Shown: positions 1 to 14,533 of the stretch, one piece after another
How positions within the stretch are numbered: the first letter of the stretch is position 1
Layout: each line of letters begins with the position of its first letter
Origin: Phoronis australis
Taxonomy: Eukaryota > Animalia > Phoronida
Assembly: GCA_002633005.1 (NCBI GenBank)
Contig: NMRA01000137.1
Span: forward strand, 1-64,000
Direction: 5' to 3'
Length of the DNA stretch: 64,000 bases
Notes under the pieces: generated by a model
What the model was told of the DNA's origin: nothing
Database searches by the model: none
The model's input: only the letters and a program-made list of their open reading frames with translations
Program-made: the position numbers and the translations under genes

Positions 1-2846
1 TGGCCCCTGACAATAACTTCTTCGATGTAACCGAAGTTGATCATTCATACTACCGTGCACCACAGCATCGACGCTCTACTTGTCTACTGTGAAGTCAACT
101 GGCACAGTTAACTTCGATTCAGGACCGAAGTTAACCCTCCATACTGACTGCAACTCCCCAAAACATCGCCATGTCGACGTTACAATGAAAGGGCCTTAAC
201 AGTTTTAACTACATGTTAAAACACTAACATGGTGTAACTAGTCCGGGTGAGCGTGAATCAGTACTACTACTAGTAGCATTAGATGCCATTAGAACAAAAA
301 CTGCACAGCTGATCGAATTGAGGCTCTTCAAAATGATTTGGGTCCGATGTAGGCTTACTGAGATCAGTTACCCATCAGTGAATGCTCTAACCGTGTATAT
401 GAGTCATTGAACATTTCACAAACAGCACACTTACTGACTTATACTTGTCCATCGAAAGCCTGGAATTGTTCATTTGTTGTAATGTAAAACCTTCACGAGT
501 TCGAACATTCAGTCTTGTCCTCATTGTTTCTCACCTATTGCGGTACTTAATTCGTTGCTATTGTGATTGGAACAAGGGTCCTGGATATCATCCAGCTGGC
601 GTGGAAAGGTGTGCATGTTTTGCGTTATCCATCAGTGTACTTCATAATGGACGAGTGAAATGCACGCGATCACAAAAAACACGATGGTGTTCTATGCACT
701 GCAACCTTGACATCACACTTTTCCACTCGTGATTGACATGTCAATGGTGTCCAATTCACTCGTGCTGGTATTCGAATTCACCCATGAAAATACAGTCTGT
801 AGTATCTGGGGATTCAGGGAACTTAAAGGTTCAGAGCTTTTCGTAAACGTCCATTCCAATTTACGACAGTGTTTTATTTGGACTTTATGAGGTTAAATAT
901 GGTTTGTAAGGCTGTATTCACAGTGGTGCCATTTTGGAAGGAAACTTAGCTATCACCAATGCTGCTGAAAAACATCGGAAAAACACTACGTGAAAGTCCT
1001 AATAAATTGAAAATATCGGAGAAAAAAGTGGTTTTCTAAGATTACCCCCATCGCAGAATCGATTTCACAACCTTAGCGGTGGCAGCTCAATCCTTTGGTG
1101 GCATTTTATTTTTAAACGTGTTTAACTGGTAAAGTCACTGCCCTTGATTTCTGCGAATGGCTGGCAGGTAACGGCGTGATCGGTGATTTACAATAAAATC
1201 CCCAAAACATTTTGGATTTTGTTGCTCTTTAGTTCTGGTCAAATCGTATAACTCCAAGATGTCTATCCATACAACAATAACCCCTAAGTGCGTTTCTCTG
1301 TCGTAAAACCGTTTGTGTCCCTATAACAAAATACATTAACAGAGAATTCCTGATATACAATTGTTCTCGAAGTCTCAGGTAAGTTACTCAGGAGCTTTCC
1401 TTGATTCAGGTTCCAAAAACTCCTTCATCAGTAACTCACGGTTTGGGCACTGCACCATGGGGACCATATGGAGAAGTATTGGTTTTCAATCCTACTATGG
1501 TTAAGAAAGTGGTAGTTGTGACCTCCATTTTTATCATCGAAGATGCATTATAAAAACAATGCAGTGTTTTCGAGGGCAGCGTCGTGGATCAGTTTGAGAC
1601 CCCGTCCGTTTTATAATCTTGTCGAAGCAACCAAGAAGTACAATCTATGTTTTGGACTCGCATTTTTTTTGTACTGTGTCGTGTCATCTGTTCTTTATTA
1701 GTGGATAGTGTCACGTGTCACGACAGGTGCCATCATAATCCAACCTTTTCATTGGCTATGTAGGCCTATATCACGCATATTCAAGTTCCTAACAAGCGTC
1801 GGTTTTCATCGTCAATTTTTATCTTCTTCCTTTCGTCTTCTTCTTCGTCCCTCATTCTTCTTCTCCATCGTCTTCTTATTGTATCAAATCACTTCTTCAG
1901 ATATTCTTAGCAGTACTGACTTGTACAAAGGAGAATTAGAAGGTAATTAATTGGTAATTAAAAAATCTCAAATGCAGGTTTAAACAATGCCTTTATATTT
2001 ACACTTATAAGCTGAAATGTTGCGAGGTTTGATGCCATTAAGTCTATGGCTAAAATATTTCTGATAGTCTGTACCTGACCAGAGTTGGAGAAGGAAGCTG
2101 TGATGAGTAACCATTGACATCATGTTTTGCTACGACAGCTTCTCATTGGCGACTTGCTGTAGTTCTCGTGTTGACGGTTTTTAAATGCTTTGAAAGTGTG
2201 GCGGCAGATTTGTGACACTCTTGTAAGTTATTGCTACCATAAGTGGGACACCGAACACGTAGTGGCTCACTTTTTAGTACAGCCGTATGGCACTGAGTTG
2301 AACTTCATTTGTTGAAATGATGATCGTTCCCCTAGGCACTAGGTGGTGCTCCGGATGATACCGCTTCACCAGAGCCCTTTAATGTAAGTGTGAGCCTCAA
2401 AACAAAAAGCTTGCATTTTTTAGGTAACTACCTCCTTTAATTTCTCAACTTTGATTTAGCCTATTATAGGAATCGAAATAAATTCAAAGACGCGCTTTTT
2501 AGAAGTTTTTCACCAACCGCTTTCCTCCGTCGTATCTCTTTAACTTCTGTCGATGATGTTCGACTTTCAGAGTTTAGACCCATAAACTTTGCTACGAGTT
2601 TGCAATTGTAGCATCTAATCAATACGCAATTAATGTTTTGTGTGAGTACCCTATTTCATAATCTACTCAGTACTCGGCGCTGCACTGTGACTACTGAGAC
2701 TAGCAGCATTGCGGAGCCCCGGATGCTGATTTTTCAACTTTTATCTGAGGGCTCTTTTATTTGCTGGAGCCTCGTTGCCAAGCGTGTTTCTTCCTTGGAG
2801 GAATTTGAACGTCGTTCCGGTTGAATCCAGTGTTGCTTTAATCGGG

Positions 2847-2931
2847 CGGCACCAGTCCCAATACGGCACCAGTGTCAATACGGCACCAGTCCCAATACAG
2901 CACCAGTCCCAATACCGGCACCAGTCCCAAT
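2847..2931. repeat. ~17 bp minisatellite, 5 copies
   Basis: Unit cggcaccagtcccaata. Confidence 0.9.
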
Positions 2932-5698
2932 TCAGGTAACTTGTCAACTCTTACGGGTTATCTGTCTTGTGCTCAGGACTTCAGTTGTAGGACCTCCCTC
3001 CAGCTCACTACCATCACAACTACATTACATTTCTGCTATCATTAAACACGATGTCGCCGTAAAATACACACACCATTTGGGGCACAGACAAATTCAACTT
3101 TGTCGAACTCTTCCACCCAAGTGGTATCCAGATTCCCACCTGCCGGCAATTCTTTAGTTCTCCACACTAGTGCAGTGTCATAAATCAAATTTTATTGAGC
3201 TTTTTGATGACCCTGAAGTAGTTGATGGTAACACTGATTCAGTCTGGCCTCAGACAGTGAAAGGTATCACAACTAACACGCCACCTGTATACCAATACAC
3301 CTCACTGTTTTGGATGCGTGTTGGAAAAAATAATTTACAATCGATCATTCAATTATGTATCAATGTTTTGGATGGCCCACCTGAAAATGTATAAGTGATA
3401 TGAATCTATAAACTATGTTAGCTCAACTTTTTGAGAGGTCCAATGGGCGAAAATTTAAATATTTGTAGGAATTTAGACTTATTTTCGTTGTGCGAGTTAT
3501 AATTTGTACACCGAGACACCGATCTATTTTGCTATGTATCATGTATCTCCAATATTTCAATACTCCACAAAAGAGAAAAATATACTTGCCTGAACATTTG
3601 ATCTGCATTAAGCGTGCACAGGAGAAAATGGAAGTCGCAACAGTCACGACCACATTTCCAAAACAAAACACACTCCCGCTATCCCCACAGTTGCCTGTTG
3701 ACATGTGAACTACACCCTACACTGCCAGGAACTATTCTTTTCGTGCTCCTAAGTCTCACTTTCGCATATTCGACTTCCGGACACTGTACGCAGTTTGAAA
3801 TTTCATCGCGGGTTCTCGCGTGATCGGTAAAGTTCTCGGTAGAGTGAGCAAACCAATATACGAGTTTCATCATGAACAATAGTTTGGTAATTTAGATACT
3901 TTTTGGTATGTAGATTTATGAAAACATAATTTTAAAATTCAATGAAGCGGTTCCATTATATAAAATATTCGGGACTCAAAAGACCCTTTTTCAGCCAGGG
4001 GTGACTGTTTGGAATTAGGGAATGGCACGTTGAAATAGGGGTATTTAGAAGACAGTTGTACTCCACTGTTCACCTAAAGCAAGGTAAAGAGTGCGTTTCA
4101 AGTTTCCGACAAACAAGTTCTCAACATTCAACGAAACAATCCAACTTCGATTAAATTGCCAACCTTAATTTTTTTTTAAAAGTTCGCAAAAGCAAAGACT
4201 ATCATCCAAGTGTTGTGTGCGACACCGGAAACGTAACATGAGAGTCCCAAAAGAAACAACAAGTTGTCAAAGTAAACCAACATCCGTCGAATGATTTAGA
4301 CCACGGAAACGAACATTTTTATTATGTCACTAAATAAGTTCATAAGGTTGATAAAGTACTAATTGATATTTTTTTTATTTTCACATCCTAGAAAGTATAA
4401 AATCCTGACAGTTTCGGCTCCTATCAGCAGCCATCTTCCGAAGTTATTGGACACTAGGTGGCGTGGTGATGAGGCAGTTCCTAATTTTTGAAAACGTATA
4501 CCCCCCATCGTCCATAACTGAGCCACATTTTTCCAACCCAAATAGACTCTCTTATCCGTCTTGATCTTAAGTTATTTTCCGACTCAACAACATGACTACT
4601 GAACTCTGAACTCAGGCTTCAACTTTTAAATAAAGCTTCAATACTTGATACAATGTCTTTCATAATTGCTTTGAATGGAGTTCAGACATTTTGTGCGAAT
4701 TCCTATTGCTGTGCAGAATTTCACGCTGACGAATGACTGCCTCAGTTGGCGCGTATTCCACATTCATAACAAGGGCTACGTTCCTTATTAGTTTAAACAT
4801 TGGATATCACCTGGTATACTCTCTAGTCGCTAACCCTAATTAAACTTTGAAAATTGCCAAGAGAAATATGAAAGTCGTCTGTGCTATGTCAGGAAAGTTT
4901 CGTGAATCACCATGTTATGAATATTAAACGCCTAAAAGTAATTAGAGGGAGGCCACCATCACTCAGGTGACTTAATAGACGCGAAAAAGTTATAAATCAT
5001 TAATTCTATAAATTATTGTGAAAAAAGTTTTCACGACGATGCAGAGCCGTCTGGTGTTGCTTCTACCGTGGATTCGCGACTGACTGGCTCCCGCGAAAAC
5101 TTTGTCATCCTCTAGCGTTGTTGAACGGAGACTTAAAGGCCCTAGAGTATATAGACCCTATTCACGTAGACAGGAGGCGCGTTCCAAAACGAGGTTCGCT
5201 ACGATAGCTCTGATGGCTTATCCGCGAATTTGTACTCCGCGTTGCTCGAACAGCTAGAAAATATACGGACACTCAACTGTCTGTTTTACAATTCTTAAGG
5301 ACGTTGGGATTCGGAAGCGTTGGGTCCTTGCCATACGCAGCGACGAAGTAAAATATGTCCGTGTAAAATTTATAACTGTTTTCGAATCGTAATTTGTCGC
5401 ATCTCGGATGCCGCCATCATACCGGAGAATCTTAGGCCAGCCAGGCTGTGTTTTCATGACTATGGGTTGAAGCATGATGCATTTTTCTTTACAAAAAGGT
5501 CAGGTCCCTCAATCCCTCAATTTTGGGGCCAAATATTGGCCCTATTCCCCTCTCAAAAATATTGAAAAATTACGCAAAATTCCCGGTCCCCGGCCACGAG
5601 GCCTAAAAATCCTGATTCCTTGTAGTGATTGAAAATTTCTCTCCAACGGTTCAAATCACCTGTGACCACAGAGGTGACAATTTGAAAAAGTACAAAAT

Positions 5699-5988
5699 CA
5701 TAGGCGAATTTAGGGGGGGCCCGGGCCCCTGCCCCCCCCCCTTGACTGCCGCAGCAAAATAAACCAGCAAAACGTGAAGCGGGAGGACTGCCTGACTATA
5801 ATGAGTTCGAGCTGAGATCGGTAGCGGACGAGGGGTTTTTTTAGTTCAACGACAGATTTCCTTAGCAGAAGGTATACATCCTCGGCGCCCGTAACTTCCG
5901 GGCCGCCTTAGTGTATACAATCGCGCTTTGCCCGCTTCTAGCTCCGAGAATGTCGGGACCCCCTCATGGTATCCTAGATCAGCCACTG
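5699..5988. mobile_element. MITE with 5-bp TSD (aaaat)
   Basis: aaaat|cataggcgaatttagg ... cctagatcagccactg|aaaat. Confidence 0.7.
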
Positions 5989-6180
5989 AAAATGCTACTT
6001 GAGACAGAGCTATGAGAGCTTGAAACAGGGCGGGGTGCTATTGATGGTGATCGAGAGGTCAGTAGATTTTTCACTGACCCGTCACTCGGCGAAACGTTCC
6101 CCTCTCAGAAGGCCGCACAGGCACGTTTCCCCTCGGATATGAACGAGATCTATGAAGAAACATGATAACTATGTTTGTTC

Positions 6181-6328
6181 CACGGGGGTTCCAGGATTTT
6201 GAGTTGGGGGCTGGGGCAAGGCAGAATTTTAGCCAGGATTTTGAGCTCATGAGCTGCTAAATGGAATCTGGGAGAATTTTAGGGGTGGGGGGCATGGCCC
6301 CCTTGGCTCCCCTCTAAATGCGCCACTG
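6181..6328. mobile_element. MITE with 5-bp TSD (tgttc)
   Basis: tgttc|cacggggg ... gcgccactg|tgttc. Confidence 0.6.
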
Positions 6329-6340
6329 TGTTCTGTCCAG

Positions 6341-8009
6341 TTAAAGGAGCATGCCACCCAAAAAACAACCTAATTTGTATCAATTTAGATCGAGTATTTC
6401 TACTCCATAACGACAAGTGCGGTTGCGTTACCTGACACCTGACGGCAGACGGAGGTGTTGAAATTATCCAATTACGTCATCGGTTTCACACGCATTCTGT
6501 ACAGCAGTTCACAACAGGGGTTACTGGTGTCAGCTTATCGCTTGGAATCATCGTTTAGCACCAATAAATCACCAAACTTCGATGTAAAACCCTTAAAAAT
6601 ACACCGAGTTCTTACAAAAACGTGTTGTTTTATTTCGCTCTTATGGATTTATTGGTATTTGGACACACCGTAGCCTACCAAGTTCGGCAGGCCAATAACA
6701 GGTCCGTAGCAGGAGTTTGTTGTGTGTTCGGAGATAATTTCGAAGTCTTTTCCTTGAGATACAGACAGTTGTGATTTTCTGAGTTCTAAACACAAAACGC
6801 TTGTTATCCTGGCCAGTGGCCTAGAGCCCCATCAGGCCCGGCGTCGCGGCCGGCCGGATTGACTCGTTACCCCGGCCAGTGGCTCGGAAACTGATCAGAC
6901 ATCACGAACAAACCAGGTAAAGTTCAGTGGAAACTAAACTTCCAGTCAAGAGAATACTATACTAGTGAGCCAAAGTAATGTGCACGTGATTATGTTGGTG
7001 AATTAGCCACGAAACTGCAAATCTACTTGCTCGTCGCCGGGGCCGCGAATTCAGTTCCGCTTTGGCCAAAGCACCGTCAGGGCAGAAGCTGTACATTGAC
7101 AATCATGGTTTGAGTATTGTAAATAAAGATTCCCCTAACACCTGGTCGTAGGGTGGAAATCGAGTTGTTTCACACAGTTTCTGCCAGCAAACACTAAATT
7201 AGCATGAGCTCACACGGCCTCGCGGTGTCCCGTCAATTAGTTTTATTGCACATAAAGCCGGTAACGCAGTGATTTATTCATTGCTGACTTCTCAAATCAT
7301 TTCGTGCACTCACGAACACTCCAAAGGCATTACAAATTGCATCTAATGGGACAGACTTTGTTTCAGTTTTTTATAAGTATTGGTTAGGTTGAGAATAATT
7401 CATTTTGAAAAAGAACGCTCAGTAATAAACGCCAACATGGCAACTCGCAATCCCGACTTAGGACGAGCTAGAGTGGCTCATCAATCCCGACTTCGCAGGT
7501 GGATCGTTAAGTTTTACAGGCTATCAATTCGAACAGGAATACAGTTATGAAGAAATACTAGAGAGGCGCCGTGAACAAGCTCAGACAACGGAACGTATGG
7601 AGTTATTTGGTAAGCCGGCATTCGTCAGGCACTGTCGACGTCGTCTGCAGGCCACAGACACGGAGATGTTTCACGGCCTCATACTTGCTACTTACTGCGT
7701 ACATTTCATTCTTCACTACCATGAGCCACTTCCTAAGCATTTTGGACTCTCGAGGAAGTAAACAAAACGATATACTCGCTTTCCTCGCGGCGCTGCTTAG
7801 TTCGGACAAGCGGGAACGATACACCGCAACATATCGGCATTCACTCTGCATATGAACCACTGACGTCGCTAGCGTCGTTTCTCACCTTCCTCACAGGTTA
7901 ACGCAACACCTCTTGGCAAGGTAAGGTCGACCGTATGCGAGGCGATGTGGAAATAGACCGATTAAGACGGCAAAAAAGACTAATTAAATCGGGTGGCATT
8001 CGCCTTTAA
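6341..8009. mobile_element. Non-autonomous Kolobok-like DNA transposon, copy 1, with degenerate THAP-like ORF
   Basis: TTAA at both ends; TIRs aggagcatgccaccc / gggtggcattcgcct; second copy at 38746-40058; minus ORF 7603-7860 resembles a THAP domain. Confidence 0.8.
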
Positions 8010-11000
8010 CTGAAATTGAGCTCCAAAACGAGGTTATGCTTTGGACGAAAGAATAAGGTGTTTTAATTTTAAAATTCAACTTGGGCGAGATTGATATTTG
8101 AAAAATAAAACACATGAAATAAACGTAATTATTAAAACCAAGAAAGCAGAATTGGTGGTCATATAATTTTTATTTTCAATTGCGAGCCTGGTTTTTTTTC
8201 GTAATCAAAATATATATTTAATAACATCAAATATTATTTCAGATCAATGACAAATCAACTGTTAGTCCCGGTAGTGCCTACCTCACCAGGATCTAGGCTA
8301 TGCTTGAAGCTAATAGGCCTAGTCTTGGTCAACAAATTAAACCAGATGTGACTAACTGCACATGACAGCAAAATGCTATGAGCCACCATTGTCGAATATC
8401 TTCAACTCGTCAACAATACGACCAGATGACCTGGTTCGTGTAGAAAGCATTTTTATCAAGAGTTTATTAGAGGAAACGTAACCCTGCATTCAGCATGATA
8501 CTTAATCCGTAACACTACGATCGCCGCAATTTGGTCATGTTTACTTTTCATGTTTCGAACCTAGTTTTCCGGAAAAAACTTATATCCTTTCGTCAGACAA
8601 CTCTTTGGTGCATTGACTTGTTCTTTAACTGTATTTTTCTACGTCTCTGTGGTTAGTTATTGACACATTTTTTAAGATTTAATATTCCGGTTGGACTCCA
8701 AAGACCGGCCATTAAACTCACGCAATGTAAATTTCCGCTTTGTTTATCGTAGTGAGCCTCGCTTTGGATTTTAATGTCCGCCGCGTGAATTGGGTCTATG
8801 AATTAGACAACTTGAATATGGCCCCCTGCCGTGTCTATTCAAATTCAAACTGTCTGACACCCCGCTCAAACCGTTGTCTTGAACGAGTGTCCCTTGTCAC
8901 TGAAGAGATCAAACACTGCGAAGAGCGACGAAATTTTCGCGGGATCCAGTTAGTCATCGATTCCCAGTACTGAGAGATATTAGATAAGGATACTCTGTAG
9001 ATACTAATTCCTCTGACATTAATATACCAATTAGAAAGCGATGCTCTTTCGATACTGTTATCAAAGACAAATGCTCCGCCAATTCGTCATACCGACACCA
9101 AATACTACATAGAGGTTTGTCAATTTTGGTTTCGAAAGGAAAGATAATACAGAAATGACCAAAAAATTATACGCCCTTTATTTATTTCAAACAAGGACAT
9201 ACATAATCAAAGTTTGTCTTACATGTACAAACCAACCATTATCGCCTGCATGTTTTATTTGCCAATTTAGTATTTGAAATCCTGAATTGATTGTCATGGT
9301 TTTTGTCTGCTTATCTTAGACACAAAACTTGCCGATTATTAATCAACGCATTTTGGCAAGAGAACCTAGAATCGAAAAAATAGCATTCAGTGGGCCATTT
9401 TCCGACGTTGTTGCAAAAGCAAGGCTGAGAAAATGTTTTCACTATGATTTTCATTTCAAACATACGTGTGACTTTCCCATATGTAATTAAGAGTTTGTAA
9501 CTTCAATTTTCAAAAAATAGGAAATTCTTTTCGGTAACGAATATTCGTTTAAAATGAAAGCCTATATCGAGACGATTTCTACGAAAGTGGAAATAGCCAG
9601 TTTCGGATCTGCGACTATGTTGAAATTTTGCTGTGTCGCTGGGTGAAGACAGTACATAATTTCCTAGAACCGATGAGGTGGTGGTGCAATAACTTCTAAA
9701 ATCGCTGGGTCTATTCACACCATCCTCTGTCGTATGCATATTGGCACGATGCTTCGGCTGGTTATTGTTACCGCCATCTTTAGGTGCGACAGCGTTTTTA
9801 TAAGACCGAACATGAGTATTTCGTGCACTCGTGGTGATCACTGTCTGATGATGGTGTGCAAAATTTCACTGAAATTATTTGTTGCTGTGTCCAGACACCG
9901 ATGTATCATAAACTTTCGTTTTCCACACGATTAAAACAGTAAATTGTGCTTCAACGATGTCTAGGCTCAGAGACAAATAATACATTGTAAACAGTGGAAT
10001 CGTTCATACGCTAACCACTGTGGGTGTACCACATCCCCGTTCTCGTTTCTCTTTAGGAGGACGAATATCATATCTCATTTTACGTTTTGTAATCAATCAA
10101 TGCACAAACAAACCGAAGCAGACCCCAACTCCCCGTGAATATGGTGCCGGTGTCATTGCCATTTTCAACCGTCACAGCACACCGGTTACAGACGTGATTT
10201 TAGAATTGCCCAACACCAATAGTCGTTTATCATCATTAAATTTTACCTCATTGCTTACAACTCCTATCTACAATCGACGATTTGTAGTGAAAATAAAAAA
10301 CACAAAGGGTTTCATTTTTATAGCTCTGTTCAAAACTAATATAATCGCACCACTTTCGCGTTTTTGTATAATTAGCCCGCATGGCTTAATGTGGATGTGC
10401 TTCGAATGAAAGTACTCTGTCGTTTCACGACCAAATTTGAATTATTTCTACTCACCCCTGGGAATACTTGACAATGCCGGATTTATAGGGGGCACTGTAA
10501 CAATTGCACGACCACCTCTGTCTGAGAAGGGGACCCTTACAATATGATGTCATATTGGTGCCCTTCCGTGACTGGTCCAATAAGGAGAAAGTAGGCAGGG
10601 AAAATATAAAAGATATAAGTGAATACCACCAACGACTCCATTATTTCTTGACAGTGAGCTGTCCCTGGTGAAATACAACTTTGCACTTCCTGAACACAGT
10701 CTTCTTGAAATTGAAAATGTGAATCTAATTGATCTGGAAAACTTGTTCACAATAAATTTCCCCGGACTTTTTCGAATTACATGTACGCACTCAAGTGAGC
10801 GTGGACGCCTTGTGCTGCAGTATTTTGAGCAAACGGGGCAAACCAGAACCTCCAAAGGGTGAGTCCAGCACTGGTAGTTTGCAAGTTTTTAAAGTCTTCT
10901 CTACATTACATGCTTCGCTGTGCATGTTCTTAGGTCCAAAGGATAAACCAAACACTGGCAATTTACAAATGTTCTCTGAAATTAAATACCATCCATTGTT

Positions 11001-11431
11001 TCGCTGTTTTTTTTTCTCGACTGCGTCTTGTTCCCAACCCTATGCCTACCACGGTTTCACCTTACAAATTATTGGGGGCACGTCCCCTCAACCCCACCTC
11101 CTTCAACTTTCTACGGTATATGTAGCGCACACCACTCTGATTTTGATGAATGATTGCGATAAAGTTAATTTATCATTGATGGAAAACAAAACAAATTTGG
11201 TAGTGTCTTCATTGGAACCATAATTTAATCCTGAGCGATACGCAGTATTTTAAAAAACGGCTATCACGAGTTTTTTATTTTTGATGACTCCACGTGCTCT
11301 ATGGATATAACTGCCATAGTGCTTCCAACAGAAAGCTGGGATACGAATATTTACTCGTTCCAAACCTCAACTTCTACAAGAGCCCTTCTACTAAACACGC
11401 GACTATCATTACGTGCAAGATCACCAACAGC

Positions 11432-11450
11432 AATAACAATAATAATAATG

Positions 11451-11514
<64 letters not shown>
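11432..11514. repeat. (AAT)n microsatellite
   Basis: Directly visible. Confidence 0.97.
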
Positions 11515-14309
11515 AGTTGCTAATAATTTTAAATTTGGTTCTAAATCAAAGCGCTTCACGTATTCACTTAGGCCAAATGGCCAAGTGTTTGCCTACTAGA
11601 TGGCAGGTTCGTGCAGACGACGATTAGAGGGGCTTTATGTTACCGACATAAACTACCACGTTGAACGCGTGTGGTGACTCTCCCATAGAGAAATTCAACG
11701 TAATTGAGTTCTCTAACAGCCTAGCTTGTCGTAGAATACTCGTCGATGGGACGTGGTGACGACAATTTCAGGAGACCAGCACAAAAACAATAGTAGAACA
11801 GATCCTCACAGTAACTCGAACGCACTAGAAACGAAATGGCGGGAAATTCGTAACCTCCAAAATGTCACTTCCGGAGTAGTGCACGACTAACTAATAAAAT
11901 TACAGGGAGCCGTAATTAATTGAACCATATGTCTGGGATAATCAACTAACCGTATTTTATTAAAAATGACACGATAAAAGGTTGCCTTCCCTTTAAATGG
12001 TTTTGGAGATAGAGCAGCGGACCCATATAAATATGTGGGCTCTTAGAAAGGTTAGAGTAATAATAAAATGCTAATATACAGTTCTACAACTCATAGTGTT
12101 ATTCTCAAGAAAGCCGTTAGGTTTGATCGTTATAAAAACACTTACTTATAGGCATTGCACCTAAGCTGCGCCATTAGACTGTCTAACATGTTTTTTGCGT
12201 TGGATGTTGCTGTTAAGGTTGTATACATGTATATCAGTGTTAGCAATTAGATTGATACTGCGCCGATATGGTTTTGAAATGGTGTGGTTCCAACAAGGTG
12301 TTGGTTGTGACAAAAGTTTACCCATAGTTTTTGAAGAAAGGCAAAGGGATTTTTATTTGCAAAATGGCAATCGGCTATTAATAAAAGCACAAAGCTTGAT
12401 ACATATTCTGTCATCAAGTTAGGTTTTGGCTTTGAACGTCATTTAGCATTGGATTTGCCATTTGTAGTTATGCGTGCTATTATGTAACTCAGATTATCAA
12501 ATCATTAATTAGCTATTGAGTCTCGGCAACACATTCATACTAACTAGCAGTTTCGGTTTTGCCGATTTTGTGCTGAAAAACTAAAGAAAACGAGTTTCAT
12601 TTCATATGTATCTGCACACTGTATTCGAGTCTAGTCTAAGGAATGTGTTCATTGCACTGGAATTCAAATGTAACCCAAACGTCAGCAAAGTTAAAAGGTT
12701 ATAAACAAACTGTAATGAAAATGCACAAACTAAATTAGTTCAATTTCTTTATTTAGCTTCTGCTACAAGAGAGAAAACCGTAGGTTCTTTTGATTACTGA
12801 TGAATTACAGTTTCTTTTTTTGCTCCTCTGATGGATAAGTAACTGGTAACGTTCGCTTTTTATGTATTTCTTGTGACATTTAAGGCCAACAAGGACAATG
12901 AATGTAACTGTGTGGGGACTTCCCAGTTACACAAGTTAGAGCGCTGGACAAATCGCAGTAGGACGCTGATCGTAAAATAATTCCTTATTTTACAACACGA
13001 CTTGAAGTAAACTTTTATAATCACTTAATTGTGCGTATTTTAATACTCTGCTCGTACCAGCACAGCTAGAGTCTTGTTATTCTCCGGTTTTGATTATAAT
13101 CTTCTTTTTATTATTACTATAATCATTGTTATTATTATTATTCCCAGCCTTTTCTAGACCTTAAAGACCTGGTCGCACGCGTTGTTAACCCTTATTACAT
13201 GGTTAGAGGATGTTATAAGGATCCAAGAAGTACTTACCCCATAACTAATACAAGATCCGTACTCGAAAAAGTTTAAATGAACGTGCCACTCACGATTCGC
13301 ACCCGAAGAACCACCGCCATTTTGAACTTGCCGCGAACCCGGAAGTACAATTCATTCAGGAACCCATGCTAAGAAAACGCCGTCAGTGTGGATGGACGAG
13401 TGCTTGTTACCAGCTTGCAAACGGGGATAAAATAATCGACAGCGTGCCTTAATTTTAATGAAATCAAAATACGGACAACTTTATCGAATCTGGTGAAGAA
13501 ATGTAGCGAATAAATTTTGACAGAAATTATTTTCCAGGCTCGGAACCGCAGCCTATCGGACCCGGTGGGGATCGAGACCAGACACTGGCGAACGGTAAAT
13601 GCATGCGGTTGAAAGCTGTATTGTCGAAGTAAAATGTTCAAATCATAAATGTCGCATGTATTCAAAGGTAGTTTCAGACACTTGCATGAAATTACGGGCT
13701 GGTTAGTCCTGTGTCACACTGCCGCGGCACACCTTAGCTAGCCTCAGTGCCAGCTACCAGTGAAGACTATCGTCAAAATACAGCTTGTTAGTAGGCCTAC
13801 ACTGCTTTGCGCCCAGGCTACTCTTAGGCCTAACTGGTCGCTGGCCACAGCGCTCGTTCAAACGAGGTTTATTTAGAACTTGGGTACTTCTGGCGAACTG
13901 TGCAAAGTTGTTGGCTTTCAATAGAGATTTGCCCAGGCTTTGTATGAGCGCACAAAGCCTAAAAGAATGGGGTGCTGGAATTTTTGGGAATGTCTATCTT
14001 TTACTATAAGATTCACTGGGTATGTTAAGAGCTATGAATTGCAGACACTTAATTTTGGTACTTCCTGTCTTCTAGTGGAATATTGTCTTATTTTCTACTT
14101 TTTTCGGAATTCGTGCTTCTCTGACTGGGGCAGATCTTTTCCATTTCTCCATATAGGGGGCTCGTTCGAGCACATAAGTATGACAAGTCCAATACAAAAT
14201 GTTATCATTTTTTATTCATTAACCCAAAATGAGGCAAACTTTTAACATAATAAGTAACTTAAAATGCACAATACTTTACAACATCTAGCATTACAAACAC
14301 TATTCAACA

Positions 14310-14533
14310 CATGCGCGCACCCAGCCTTCAATATGGGAGGCTCGAATTCCCGGCGATGTGGGTCTTTTGCTAAAAAAAGAGTGCGCGGACTAAAAAAATG
14401 GGTGCACCACTGTGAATTGCGCGTTTGCGCTTCTTTAGTGGACTTTTGTCCCATTTTCTCGGGCTTTTTGTCTCTCGGGAGCTAACCTTTTTGCCCACTT
14501 CGCCAAATGGGGGGCTCATTCGAGCCCCCCTAG
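14310..14533. mobile_element. MITE with 5-bp TSD (caaca)
   Basis: Perfect TIR catgcgcgcacccag / ctgggtgcgcgcatg flanked by caaca. Confidence 0.75.

Noticed and set aside
11294-11627. Poly-N, poly-I and poly-L ORFs
   Set aside because: Translations of the (AAT)n microsatellite.
12914-12924. NF-kB-like site GGGGACTTCCC (and GGGAAATACC near 20960)
   Set aside because: Short motifs expected by chance; far from any defined promoter.
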